From contig CATNEN010000007.1 in assembly GCA_950097015.1 (NCBI GenBank), positions 930,001-994,000 on the forward strand: a stretch of 64,000 bases of DNA. Reading direction: 5' to 3'. The notes below the pieces were generated by a model. That model made no database searches, was not told where the DNA came from, and was given only the letters and a program-made list of their open reading frames with translations. This document shows positions 43,544 through 57,104 of this stretch, in pieces. The position numbers and the translations under genes are program-made. Positions within the stretch are counted from its first letter, which is position 1. The number at the start of each line of letters is the position of its first letter. The stretch is from Macrostomum hystrix (lineage: Eukaryota > Animalia > Platyhelminthes).

Positions 43544-45163
43544 TTATTCCAATAGGGCCTCAAATAACCAACTCAACACTTGAACACTCTTTCGACCTTC
43601 TTATTTAACTATAGTTATTTGCTTATAGCCACACTGGCAGTTTGATTAATTAATTTCACAGAACTTTCAATTGTCTCTATAGACCTACTCAAAAAAAATT
43701 GTTAAAGTGAATGAATTGGACAGAATATTTATAATATTTTACATACAAATAATATTTTGTGCATTTAAAAAGCATAGGTAGAAATTTGACTTTCAAAAAA
43801 TGATAAAAGCATACCTACTACAAATAGATAAAAGTAATCCTCTAATAAGACTATATAAATATAGCTGTATCAGGAGCTTAAAAAGCCATGCTGTTTAACT
43901 TTGGAGACAATAAAAAATAATTAGGCCTAACTTTGTTTTTAGCTAGCTAATGGCAAATTATAAGTTAGCTAGCTAAATAGTTATAATTTTCCTTGATAAT
44001 CCTGGACCTAAGGCCTAGATTAATAAACAACATAATTTAAAAGTATTAGCTTATTTCAAATTTCTTGTCTTTGTCAAATGATTTATAAAAATAAAATAAT
44101 AATAATTAGGCCCCTAGCTTTTATTGATTTCAACAAATTCAATTAGGTCTAACATCTAGATTAAAGCATAATAGCTAGCTGATCAAACATATCTAGGCCT
44201 AGTCATATAAACCAATACTTTGAAGATTAAGCAACGGACAGCTCTATTTAAGGTATAGAAGGCTTAAGCAAGGCCATGGCCTGTTGCTAAGACCATGTAT
44301 AGCCTAATTTATTATGTGACATATGACACCTATTTATATAGGCCCCTATTATATATTATTATTATTTATATAGGCTATACTCCTATAGCAAAAAAGTTTA
44401 TAGAATTTCAAATTCAGCACAAATTCTGCCTTCTTAGTATTAAGTAAGACTTAGCATTAGTATTAATAGTCTAATATTAGACTTTTCTACTGACTAGCTA
44501 GACCCTAGCCCAGCAGCCAACAGAGCAAAGCAACAATATAGCTAGCTAGGCTGGCTAGGGGCTAGGGCTAAGATTATAAAATTAAATATGGGTCATTCAG
44601 TATCAGGTCAGCTTTTATGCAAAACAAGATTCACAAAATTTAATACTATATGTTAGGTAAGATATACAATATTACAATGCAAGTTTAAATTAAACGTAAC
44701 CTACTTTACCCTATGCTTAACAAGCGGTGACCCGAAGTACAAAATGAGTCGCGCACGATTGTGATCGTTCGAATCACCGAGTTTAATGCATACAAAAATA
44801 CTTATTAAAACAACAGATTATCATTTACTTGGTGTATTCAGGCGCCAATAAATAAAGAACGTCATATTCGAACTCTTAGTTACAAAGCTATATGTTATAT
44901 GACTTTAACACAGCATTGAGGATATCACGGTAATCAAGAGTTTTGTAATTTTTTAATTCGAGGAATAAGCTAAGAATTCGTTGAAGGCTATCCCTTTGTG
45001 TGTTGTACTGTTTCGTTTGCTAAGGAAAATTTATCGCGAATAAGAAGGATGTGATTCCATCCCTGTTATAGGTTTATTTGACTTTTCTAGTTTCCAGCCG
45101 GTTGGCATAATTTGCCAAAGTCATGCAAACAATTGGTATCGACTTTTCGTATTTCACTTCAAT

Positions 45164-48100
45164 ATGTCGTTAATTTGTGTTTGTGGTAAGTTTTATTTTA
45201 AAATGAAATAATGGAATAGCAAAATAATGAATTAATGTCTTTTTTTATTACGGCACTTTTTGCTCTCCCTGTGTATCGATCTATAGGGAACACTTCATTT
45301 CCAATGGCACTTTCTTTTTATCTTTAATGATATTCGATATGATGATTCTTTAGATAGTTTTTCAGTTCACTCAAATGTTGAATATAATATAAAAAATACT
45401 AGACTGCTATTTTTCACATAAATTTCCTGATGCGAATTCAAAGCTAACTTTTAATTTATGATATACTCTATAAATTATTGCGCATTATAGGTTTCAATGC
45501 CTTTAGGGATTCAAAATTCAGTATTTAACTGAAACTTCAACTTTCACGACCAGAATAAGTACTTTAGCTCAACTCTTAAAACAGTTAACTATTGGCTGCT
45601 AAAAAAAAAATATTTTGTTTCGAATTTGCAAAATTTTCAGTTAAAAAGGCCAGCATCTCTGGCGACGACTCGCAACTCAATACCTACGTCTGTCTAAAGC
45701 TGCAGAATGTGAAGTCGACCACAATTGCTGTGAAAGGATGCGTGCCATCTTGGGAGCAGGACTTCATGTTGTAAGTGAAGTTCTTATCATGCATATGAGC
45801 TAGTAGAATCGAAATTGAAGAATTCTTAGCGAAAATTCACTGACCTCACAGCCCTGAGTCACGCCTCGTGTCCGCGTCTGCACTGGAGTACAGCTGCTGT
45901 TTATTTTGAGCACAGTGTCGTTGCAACTACTCAAGCTGCTCCGCCCCCGTCTCTCCCCTGTGGCTCCCATCCTTCAGCTTCCAGCAGTCTGTCAATACCC
46001 TCCCCCAGCTCAAGTCTTCCCTCTCTCCCCGCTAGCAATTTTTTCTGTAAAAAAAGCTCCCAGAGATGCCTTGCCCGCTTGCGTGACGAAGCACTTTCAC
46101 ATATTCAGTGCCAGAATGCAGCCCAACCAAGGCAGTTAATGATTCTTACCTGGCTTGCTCCTGTTCGCCACGTAATTCCCATTCTCCCCTTCCCTTCCCT
46201 ACTTCTATTTATTTTACTGCACCCAACTCAAATTCGTATTTTATTTCCCATAGGTACACCCTTTTGTGTCAGATCGCTAACACTACTTGTAAAAAAAATC
46301 GTGGCATCCAGCAATTAATAAACAACTGTACTTTTAAGTAAAATTTTCAAATTAACGAGTGACATGTTGCAATAAGCGACGGTGCCTTGCGTTTTTGTAC
46401 CTTAGATATCCGTTTTTTAATCCTTGCGTCCTTCACTCCAGAAAGAATCTAGTTGGGCCAGATTCTAGCCAGTGACACAGTCGCTTCCAAAGGATTTGTA
46501 CGGTCTGATCAGTCCATGGACCGGTGGGCCGCCAGACCCCTGAAATTTCTGCCCTTCAGCTAATACTGGGCCCCCACTGGGCAGCTGTGTGAAATGGTCT
46601 CCCTTGGGACTGAGACGCGAACCCCGCGACCTTGTACCGTAAAGACTGACTTCTGACGTCACTTCATCTTGGGCGCTGATTTTATATTAGCATTTCGTGC
46701 CGATGATGCTGTACTCACTCACCTGAATTATCCCCAACCTACTCATCCAGCGAAACGCACACACTGAACACTGGCCTCACAGCTGAGTTGTGGAACAAAG
46801 GCGTGTTCTGGGACAGAATGCTCGGCTGCGTGTGGATACCACTGTGCGATGTCAGCGAGTCAGCCAAGGTGACCACCTCAATAATCCCTGATCCTCCAAC
46901 ACCCATTACTAATTCCTGATCGCCCAACACACCTGACTAATCCCTGATCCTCCAGCACCCATTACTAATCCCTGATCCTCCAAAACACCTGACTAATCCC
47001 TGATCCTCCAACACACCTGACTAATCCCCGATCCTCCAACACCCATTACTAATCCTTGATCGCCTAACACACCTCACTAATGATCCTCCAACACACCTGA
47101 CTAATCCCTGATCCTCCAACACCCATTACTAATCCTTGATCGCCTAACACACCTCACTAATGATCCTCCAACACACCTGACTAATCCCTGATCCTCCAAC
47201 ACCCATTACTAATCCCTGATCCTCCAACACCCATTACTAATCCCTGATCCTCCAACACCCATTACTAATCCTTGATCGCCTAACACACCTCACTAATGAT
47301 CCTCCAACACACCTGACTAATCCCTGATCCTCCAACACCCATTACTAATCCTTGATCGCCTAACACACCTCACTAATGATCCTCCAACACACCTGACTAA
47401 TCCCTGATCCTCCAACACCCATTACTAATCCTTGATCGCCCAACACACCTCACTAATCCCTGATCGTCCAACACCCATTATTAATCCCTGATCCTCCAAC
47501 ACCCATTACTAATCCCTGATCCTCCAACACACCTGACTAATCCCTGATCGTCCAACACCCATTACTAATCCCTGATCCTCCAACACCCATTACTAATCCC
47601 TGATCTTCCAACACACCTGACTAATCCCTGATCTTCCATCACCCATTACTAATCCTTGATCGCCCAACACACCTCACTAATCCCTGATCTTCCAACACAC
47701 CTCACTAATCCCTGATCTTCCATCACCCATTACTAATCCCTGATCCTCCAACACCCATTACTAATCCCTGATCCTCCAACACACATTACTAATCCCTGAT
47801 CCTCCAACACCCATTACTAATCCCTGATCCTCCAACACCCATTACTAATCCCTGATCCTTCAACACCCATTACTAATCCCTGATCGTCCAACCAGCCTCT
47901 CGAAGCAGCATTTGTTTCTGTTAATCCAGGAGGGTTCGGGTCACTGGATCAGCCTTGACAGCGAGTACGTCATCCACCGTGGCGTGATTGTTGGCACTAG
48001 AGGTCGGACGGAGCACCAGCTGCTGCTGGACATTCGAATGGAGCATGGATACGGTTGGTGTCATTGGTTACATATTCTTATTGCAGATATTTCTGCTCGA

Positions 48101-50333
48101 TAATTTCTCATTGGTATTGTTACGCGAATTTCTTTCATCTGTCTCGTATCGAACAAAATCTATCACATCAATCGTATCGAATGATAAAGCAAAGAAATTT
48201 TTTATGAAAGCAATGGTCAAGTGGTCAGAATGGAACAGAAATCCCTTTGACAGTCGAAAATTTATTCCCTTTGGGATTGCGTTGGGTTGGTGGGATCTGG
48301 ACAAACGGATTTTTCCTCAGGAAATTGCCAAACGAGTTGAGTATAGACAGAAGCACTCTAAATGATTTGCTTCTGTAGTAACTGGCTGCGTTATATAATA
48401 TGGTATGCTAACTTTTTCGGATGGCAGTGTGCCAGCTTACAATGGCCTGCAGCCTCTTTTGAAGAACTTTTGGGGGCAGAAACAACTCCACTTTGCCCTT
48501 CGTCCGTCTGTTGTAGATGTTTGTCTGTACTAGATGTCTGTCTGTCTGTTGTAGATGTCTGTCTGTCTGTTCTAGATGTCTATTCTAGATGTCCGTCTGT
48601 TCTAGATGTCCGTCTGTTCTAGATGTCCGTCTGTTCTAGATGTCTGTCTGTTCTAGATGTGTGTCTGTTCTAGATGTCCGTCTGTTCTAGATGTGTGTCT
48701 GTTCTAGATGTCCGTCTGTTCTAGATGTCTGTCTGTTCTAGATGTGTGTCTGTTCTAGATGTCCGTCTGTTCTAGATGTCTGTCTGTTCTAGATGTCCGT
48801 CTGTTCTAGATTTCCGTCTGTCTGTAATAGATGTCTGTCTGTCTGTTGTAGATGTCTGTCTGTTCTAGATGCCTGTCTGTTGTAGATGTCCGTCTGTTGT
48901 AGATGTCCGTCTGTTCTAGATGTCCGTCTGTTCTAGATGTGTGTCTGTTCTAGATGTCTATCTGTTCTAGATGTCCGTCTGTCTGTAATAGATGTCTGTC
49001 TGTCTGTTCTAGATGTCCGTCTGTTCTAGATGTCCGTCTGTTCTAGATGTCCGTCTGTTCTAGATGTCCGTCTGTTCTAGATGTCCGTCTGTTCGAGATG
49101 TGTGTCTGTTCGAGATGCCTGTTTTAGATGTCTGTCTGTTCTAGATGCCTGTTCTAGATTCCTGTTCTAGATGCCTGTTCTAGATGCCTGTTCTAGATGC
49201 CTGTTCTAGATGCCTGTTCTAGATGCCTGTTCTAGATGCCTGTTCTAGATGCCTGTTCTAGATGCCTGTTCTAGATGCCTGTTCTAGATGCCTGTTCTAG
49301 ATGCATATTTTCTAGATTTTCCGCCAGAGGATTTTTCTGAGATTATCAATACGCTCGTATTGTAATAATAGTTCTATTGTTAATAATTATCTCTGGTACA
49401 TTTTTATTAGACTGCAGTGAGTTGTGAAAGTGCAAAATTTTTTTTTATAACTGGTTTATATAAAATTTAATTGTCTAATGCAAATAGAAAAGTAGAAAAG
49501 TGTCTACTTTTGTATTAGTTTTGTTTAACTAAATTGTATCTCGTAACTGACTTTTGTTCATTAATGAATATTCATTATTTGAAGTAAAAAATGAATTTCT
49601 TAAACCCCCATTTTCAGTCCTGTCGTCTTGAGCTAATTTTTTAGATTAACTTAAAACTTAAATTCGAATTTGTTCTCGTACAAGGATGATTAAATGATTC
49701 AAAAGAAATTTTTTATTTGATAAACGCCTTCACTGTGGCCATCAATTTTGACGTTAGCAACATTATATTTCAATCGATTGTCAGTAAACCAGAAATAATA
49801 CTGGAGATAGTCCGTCCTATCTCTCTGCCCGCTCCTTCATCCTATTATTTTTGCCCCTCTCGTCTCTAGAAAAAAAAATTACCAAAAGGCGCAAGTCACA
49901 AATAATTCAGCAGGGAGCTAAAAAGCAGGAGATGGGGAGTCTAAAGGACTATAACCTGGCAACTAAGAAAGCAAAAACTTTTTTTCGGGACTACTAAGCT
50001 ACTCTAGACAGTGAAGTCAGGGTGCAGAGACACTCGGGCCCAGCAGTTCCCTCTCGCTTGCCCAGGCCTGGACACAAATCCCCACTCCCTCCCAGTTTCC
50101 TACCCGCTCCTCAGTTCAAACCCCCGTTTTGTGAGCTGTGTGTGAGTGAGCAGTGTGCTGCCGGAATCGATTTTCTTGCATCGGCCCACCCCCTGCCCGC
50201 CGCTCGGCCTCTTTCCGTCCAAAGTCCAGAGCTCAGAGCCATCTCAGCTCAGCTCGCTCATCGGCTCAGAGTACCAAAAAGCCTGCTATAAAGCTCGACC
50301 AGCTCTCATTTCCTGTGTTGTCGTCGCACACCG

Positions 50334-50364
<31 letters not shown>

Positions 50365-53155
50365 CACCAGTGGATGAAGCCACACCTCCAACACAATGTT
50401 CTCTTCCGTGTTCTTGGTCTCGACCACTTGAAGCAGAGTTGTGTCAAGTCTGTTGTTTTATTTTTAGATTTCATTGCCAGAGTAAAAATAACATCGATAA
50501 AAGCTAATGGCAGATAAACCTAGCAGCTGAAGGCAATGTCCTATTGTCTATACATCGGACACTAGGTGCTGATAATATACGAGCTATAATTTTTCCCCGA
50601 AGCATTTATTTGAATTTTTGTGAAACAGTTTCTTAGAAAAAAATTGGAAGATAATGCGAAGCAACTTATTTAGATAAAACTGACCAAATTTTGCTCGAAC
50701 TAATTTTACAAAACTTTACTCTTAAAGTTTTAAATAAGTTTTTTTCTTTGCTAAACCTTTATTAATTTTATTAACAAGGTCGAAGCATGCTAAAATAAAT
50801 AAGTCATTAGGATAGAGAATTTTTTTGACTGAATATTAATCAATTAACTTGAGCACTGTTACGGAGTGTTTTTTGCTTCACAAGCTTAATGCATTCTTAG
50901 TCACTGGGGAGGATATGTAAAGAAAAAAAATATGAAATCGATGAATTCACAAGTAACACTTGACAGAAATTGTTGAAGATGAAGGAAATTAATATCAAAA
51001 CATTCGCATTTGCTCCTCCTAATCAAACACAACCGGTAATTTTGTTCATAAATCAAGTGGAAATTTCCTATCTCCGTAGTTTATTTTTTTGGCGAAAGCC
51101 GGCCTCCTAAACCTTTTCCAAGAAACGCAGTCTCCCGTCCTTCTACTTCTAGTGGTTCTTATTTTCAGTCTCGCATCTACCTTGCGTCTCTATTTTTATT
51201 CATCGCCCCAGTGTCTATCGCGATTTTTTTCAGTGAATTACTGTTAATAATTAATTTCTTTGTCTTTGATTTATGACATGAATACCTGAGTGGAATTGAT
51301 AGTACTCGTATGTTTCAAATAAAATCATAAAATAACGACACTGACAAGGAAATATATTTTCTTAAACGACTCTGGCGTACATCGGTTGTAAATTATTGCC
51401 CTCACACTCTAGACTATAATACTCGAATATATGAAGGTCATTGGGATAAAAATTTCCCATTGGGTTAATCCATTGGCAGAGCCAAGCTGCATCGTTTTAT
51501 AGGATTCACATCGCAATAATTCACTTATGAGGAAATGCGTTTAAAGGTGTGTGATGTGTTTGCATAAATTATTTCCTGGATTTGAGTATTGTCTAAAATA
51601 TAACAATTTCTTTTTATTTTACTCATGGGTCCCCGCCTGTCTGACTGCCTGCCTCTGAATGCCTCAAACTCTCTTTTAATGTCCCACTCTTTCTCGCTAT
51701 TTCCATTTCTTCCGCTCTCCCTTTCCCCTCTGCCTCTCCATCTACCCCTCACCCCCTCCCCCTCTCTGCCTCTCCCTCTCCCTCTACCCCTCCCCCCTCT
51801 CCCTCTCTGCCTCTCCCGCTTCCTGTACGCCTCTCCCCCTCTCCTTCTCTGCCTCTCCCTCTCCCTCTACCCCTCTCCCCCTCTCCCTCTCTGCCTCTCC
51901 CGCTCCCTCTACCCCTCTCCCTCTCTCCTTCTCTGCCTCTCCCTCTCCCTCTACCCCCCTCTCCCTCTCTGCCTCTCCCTCCTCCTCTACCCCTCTCCCT
52001 CTCTGCCTTTCCCTCTTCCTCTACCCCTCTCCCTCTCTGCCTCTCCCTCTCTGCCTCTCCCTCTCCCTCTCCCAGTTTCTTTTCCATATTAAATAAAAAA
52101 ACATCAGTGCCGAATCAACTGGAAAAGCTCACGTTCAGTCATTCTAATTAATGATTATTTTCATTCGAGCATAAATTTTAGCATATTTTCTGTGCTTCTT
52201 TGTTTTTTCTCTTCTCTGTGTGTCTGCTACCCTCGCGCAGATGAAGATCATTATCCTACTGAAGGTTTCAAGCAAAAGCTCTTCCTTTCGCTTGAAGTAT
52301 CAACAATCAGTCCGTCAAGCAATGGTTGCTAAGTAACCACACATATAACTAAACGCAAAAAAATTTGTTCAAACGAAATTCATTATTTTGATTATTCCTC
52401 TCACAGGTGCGGATCAGCATCAGATCCAGCTCAGGCTGGCACGATTGAAGGCTTCCCGTGATGAGGAAGTAAGTGCTGTGTGTGAGTGTGTGAGTGAGTA
52501 CTCATTCCCTCTCCGTACTTTAGTTAAGCTTTAGAGCAGAAATCGATTGGGCAAATTGCCAGCCGCCAAATGCGTCCCGGGTTCCCGGTAAATAATGGGA
52601 TTTTACTCGTATTATTCTCTTATCACTTTTTCCTTCGCGTGCGCCCGACTGGCTAGAGAAGGAATGGAAAGGAAAATGAAAATAACAGTTTGTACTTTAG
52701 GATTTGCGAGTCTGCCAGCTCCTATTTTGGTGAACAGTGTCAGCTGATGTACAGCACGCAGACACGCATATCTGGTTCAAGTACATTGCCAATGGTCACC
52801 ATAGCCTTCACGGCTAGTTCTTGAATGCTCAAACTATGCTCAGAGTGGGTGAAGGTTCGGCAGAAATGAGCGAGTTACATCAAGCAGAGACAAATTAGCA
52901 TATTTTCTTATTATCTGAGATGAGACACGGCCGGTCTGTCTGGCGGGTCCGGGGGCCAAATCGAAGATCCCAACTCCACCCCAACCCCACGATTAGTTAG
53001 AGCAAGAAACATCCGAATTGAAAGCATCCGAAACATAAAACTTGCAGTGCATGAGTGAGGACTCCGATTATACGAGCGACTACAATCTGCCTATGCAACA
53101 TCAGCACAATTTGCCAGCGTTTCAGTACCGCTCAGAGCTGCTGCTCAGACAGAAT

Positions 53156-53191
<36 letters not shown>

Positions 53192-53315
53192 CCCGCAGCA
53201 GCAATATGGACTGACGACTTTGAGCCGATGTCCTATAACAGTAGGCCGCCAGGTCAAAGCAGTGGCTATACTCAGTCTCAATCTGCAATAGCACAAGGTC
53301 ATACACCACACCTAA

Positions 53316-53346
<31 letters not shown>

Positions 53347-56300
53347 ACCGCTAATGCATCGCGGCGGGGCTGCTATGGAGCCGAACCGGTATGGAGAGTA
53401 AGTGATTTTTAGTTTTAAGTAAGTTTAATAACTTGAAACTGGGGTTGCGGGTTTAGAGTTAGCGGAAGGGGTGGTGTGGGTGGAGTTTTAAAACTGGGGT
53501 TGTGGGTTTATACTGAGCGGAGGGTGTGAGGTGGATGGATGGAGTTTTAAAACTGGGGTTGTGGGTTTATACTGAGCGGAGGGTGTGAGGTGGATGGATG
53601 GAGTTTTAAAACTGGGGTTGTGGGTTTATACTGAGCGGAGGGTGTGAGGTGGATGGATGGAGTTTTAAAACTGGGGTTGTGGGTTTAGAATGAGCGGAGG
53701 GTGTGAGGTGGGTGGATGCAGTTTTAAAACTGGGGTTGTGGGTTTAAAGTTCGCGGAGGGTGTGGGGTGGGTGGAGTTTTAAAACTGGGGTTGCGGGTTT
53801 AGAGTGAGCGAAGGGTGTGAGGTGGGTGAATGGAGTTTTAAAACTGGTGTTGTGGGTTTAGAGTGAGCGGAGGGTGTGAGGTGGGTGGATGGAGGTTTAA
53901 AACTGGGGTTGCGGTTTTAGAGTGAGCGGAGGGTGTGAGGTGGGTGGATGGAGGTTTAAAACTGGGGTTGCGGTTTTAGAGTGAGCGGAGGGTGTGAGGT
54001 GGGTGGAGTTTTAAAACTTGGGTTACGGGTTTAGAGTGAGCGGAGGGTGTGGGGTGGGTGGAGTTTTAGAACTGGGGTTGCTAGTTGAGAGAAAAAATCT
54101 TATGCAAATAATATTATTTAACGGAGTTGCACTTATAAAATCTCCTTTGCGTTTTATCATGGCCGTATCATTGTCATAGCCGCAGAGAGTTGTGGTCTAC
54201 AACAGATACTTATTTTTTAACTATGCATTTAGCAGTAGCAGCCATGAAATCTCAGAGCTGAAATCCTCAACGATGCCAGTGCATAGTTAATGAGGTCTAT
54301 CTGAAGGTTGAGCACGTTGGAACTGGGGCCTGACACTAATCCAGTGAATTATTGATCTGGTTGCGATAGGTCTAAGGGAGAAAAGTTGAGATCGTTATTC
54401 TGCTACTAGCTAGTGGTGCCAGCTAGTGTGTGCAGCCTGTTCAACATCCAGTAGACTTGAACACGATCGCCGCGGTCTGCACTTCTTGATCATCACATGA
54501 TCAAATTAATATTTGTTTAAATGAATCCCTCTTCGTGCTGAGTGCTGTGGAATGCTCAGTCTCAACAGGGCCTATTGATTCAGGCTATTGTGCTCAAGAG
54601 AGTAAGGTCATTATATATAAATTTATATTCACGACATTCATGTCCTCTCCTCTTCTTTATGTTTGCTTTCAGCATATCGAGCGATGCTTATTCACGAAGG
54701 TGGGTGAGACTTCATTATTATGCTCATTATTAGTTTTCTAAATGCGAAATTTACTTTCTGTCAGCTTCTCCTGTGTGAGAAACATCCTGGGGGATGGTGG
54801 GGGAGAGTAGAGACTGGGTGAGAATAGATGCGGGGGGGAGAATAGAGACTGGGGAGAATAGAGACTGGAGAGAATAGAGACTGGGGAGAATAGAGACTGG
54901 GTGAAAATAGAGACTGGGTAAGAATAGAGACTGGGGAGAAAAGAGACTGGGGAGAATAGAGACTAGGGAGAATAGAGACTGGGGAGAATAGAGACTGGGG
55001 AGAATAGAGACTGGGGAGAATAGAGACTAGGGAGAATAGAGACTGGGGAGAATAGAGACTGGGGAGAACAGAGACTGGGGAGAATAGAGACTAGGGAGAA
55101 TAGAGACTTGGGAGAATAGAGACTGGGGAGAATAGAGACTGGGTGAGAATAGAGACTGGGGAGAATAGAGACTGGGGAGAATAGAGACTTATCTACTAGG
55201 GTGAGAATAGAGACTGGTTGAGAATAGAGATCGGGGAGTATAGAGACCGGGGAGAATAAAGATCGGGGAGAATAGAGACTGGGGAGAATAGAGACTGGGT
55301 GAAAATAGAGACTGGGGAGAATAGAGACTGGGGAGAATAGAGACTGGGGAGAACAGAGACTGGGGAGAATAGAGACTAGGGAGAATAGAGACTTGGGAGA
55401 ATAGAGACTGGGGAGAAAAGAGACTGGGTGAGAATAGAGACTGGGGAGAATAGAGACTGGGGAGAATAGAGACTTATCTACTAGGCTGGGTAAGAATAGA
55501 GACTGGGGAGAATAGAGACTGGGGAGAATAGAGACTGGGTGAGAATAGAGACTGGGGAGAATAGAGACTGGGGAGAACAGAGACTGGGGAGAATAGAGAC
55601 TAGGGAGAATAGAGACTTGGGAGAATAGAGACTGGGGAGAATAGAGACTGGGTGAGAATAGAGACTGGGGAGAATAGAGACTGGGGAGAATAGAGACTTA
55701 TCTACTAGGGTGAGAATAGAGACTGGTTGAGAATAGAGATCGGGGAGTATAGAGACCGGGGAGAATAGAGATCGGGGAGAATAGAGACTGGAGAGAATAG
55801 AGACTGGGGAGAATAGAGACTGGAGAGAATAAAGACTGGGGAGAATAGAGACTGGGGAGAATAGAGACTGGGGAGAATAGAGACTGGGGAGAAAAGAGAC
55901 TGGGGAGAATAGAGACTGGGGAGAATAGAGACTTATCTACTAGGGTGAGAATAGAGATCGGGGAGAATAGAGACTGGAGAGAATAGAGACTGGAGAGAAT
56001 AGAGACTGGAGAGAATAGAGACAGGAGAGAATAGAGACTGGAGAGAATAGAGACTGGAGAGAATAGAGACTGGAGAGAATAGAGACTGGAGAGAATAGAG
56101 ACTGGAGAGAATAGAGACTGGAGAGAATAGAGACTGGAGAGAATAGAGACTGGAGAGAATAGAGACTGGAGAGAATAGAGACTGGAGAGAATAGAGACTG
56201 GAGAGAATAGAGACTGGGGAGAATAGAGACTGGGGAGAATAGAGACTGGGTGAGAATAGAGACTGGGGAGAATAGAGACTAGGGAGAATAGAGACTGGGT

Positions 56301-57103
56301 GAGAATAGATGCGGGGGGGAGAATAGAGACTGGGGAGAATAGAGACTGGGTGAGAATAGAGATCGGGGAGAATAGAGACTGGAGAGAATAGAGACTGGAG
56401 AGAATAGAGACTGGAGAGAATAGAGACTGGAGAGAATAGAGACTGGAGAGAATAGAGACTGGAGAGAATAGAGACTGGAGAGAATAGAGACTGGAGAGAA
56501 TAGAGACTGGAGAGAATAGAGACTGGAGAGAATAGAGACTGGAGAGAATAGAGACTGGAGAGAATAGAGACTGGAGAGAATAGAGACTGGAGAGAATAGA
56601 GACTGGAGAGAATAGAGACTGGGGAGAATAGAGACTGGGGAGAATAGAGACTGGGTGAGAATAGAGACTGGGGAGAATAGAGACTAGGGAGAATAGAGAC
56701 TGGGTGAGAATAGATGCGGGGGGGAGAATAGAGACTGGGGAGAATAGAGACTGGGTGAGAATAGAGACTGGGGAGAATAGAGACTGGAGAGAATAGAGAC
56801 TGGGGAGAATAGAGATCGGGGATAATAGAGACCGGGGAGAATAGAGATCGGGGCGAATAGATACTGGGAAGAATAGAGACTGGGGAGTGATAGAGTAACA
56901 GTAGAATAATAATTGCCAATAACCGACTCAGTGCAGTCTGTTGTTTTAATTTTTTTCTGTTTGAATTTCAGGCAGCAGTTCATGTCCTTCTACTACTCCA
57001 GCTCAGAGGATGAGCAGTACAGGCCTTATCCTTCGTTTCCCCCGCCGCCGCCATCACTAACAACCACAGCCACCACCAGCGCTGACGAGCGCGACAGAGT
57101 TGG
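45164..57103 (+). CDS. unc-13: UNC-13/Munc13 synaptic vesicle priming protein, 5' exons (C2A domain and linker); continues beyond the window
   Basis: Exons 45164-45185, 45641-45770, 46751-46868, 47930-48053, 52407-52468, 53048-53397 and 56972-57103, phases 1, 2, 0, 1, 0, 2 compatible. MSLICVCVKKA...[33 protein letters not shown]...[19 protein letters not shown]...[10 protein letters not shown]...[10 protein letters not shown] is the UNC-13 C2[10 protein letters not shown] is an invertebrate unc-13 linker motif. Exons 5 and 7 are less certain. Confidence 0.88.
46440..46650 (-). mobile_element. Possible second, degenerate tRNA-derived SINE family
   Basis: B-box-like GGGGTTCGCGTCTC on the minus strand, followed by a GC-rich body. 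Single copy in the window. Confidence 0.3.
46880..47890. repeat. 28-bp minisatellite CTAATCCCTGATCCTCCAACACCCATTA (~36 copies), unc-13 intron 3
   Basis: It fills ~95% of intron 46869-47929. Confidence 0.95.
48505..49310. repeat. TCTAGA-core minisatellite grading from 17-bp (TCTAGATGTCCGTCTGT) to 13-bp (TCTAGATGCCTGT) units
   Basis: The unit shortens near 49120. Confidence 0.92.
51700..52075. repeat. CT-rich polypyrimidine low-complexity tract
   Basis: Almost entirely C/T; it gives spurious PL- and GR-rich ORFs. Confidence 0.9.
53437..54080. repeat. ~59-bp G-rich minisatellite (~11 copies), unc-13 intron 6
   Basis: AACTGGGGTT at 53492, 53551 and 53610 gives period 59. Confidence 0.9.
54810..56890. 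repeat. 16-bp purine-rich minisatellite GAGAATAGAGACTGG(G/A) (~125 copies) with higher-order blocks
   Basis: Recurrent variant units GACTTATCTACTAGG and TAGATGCGGGGGG mark duplicated blocks. Confidence 0.95.
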
Positions 57104-57104
57104 G

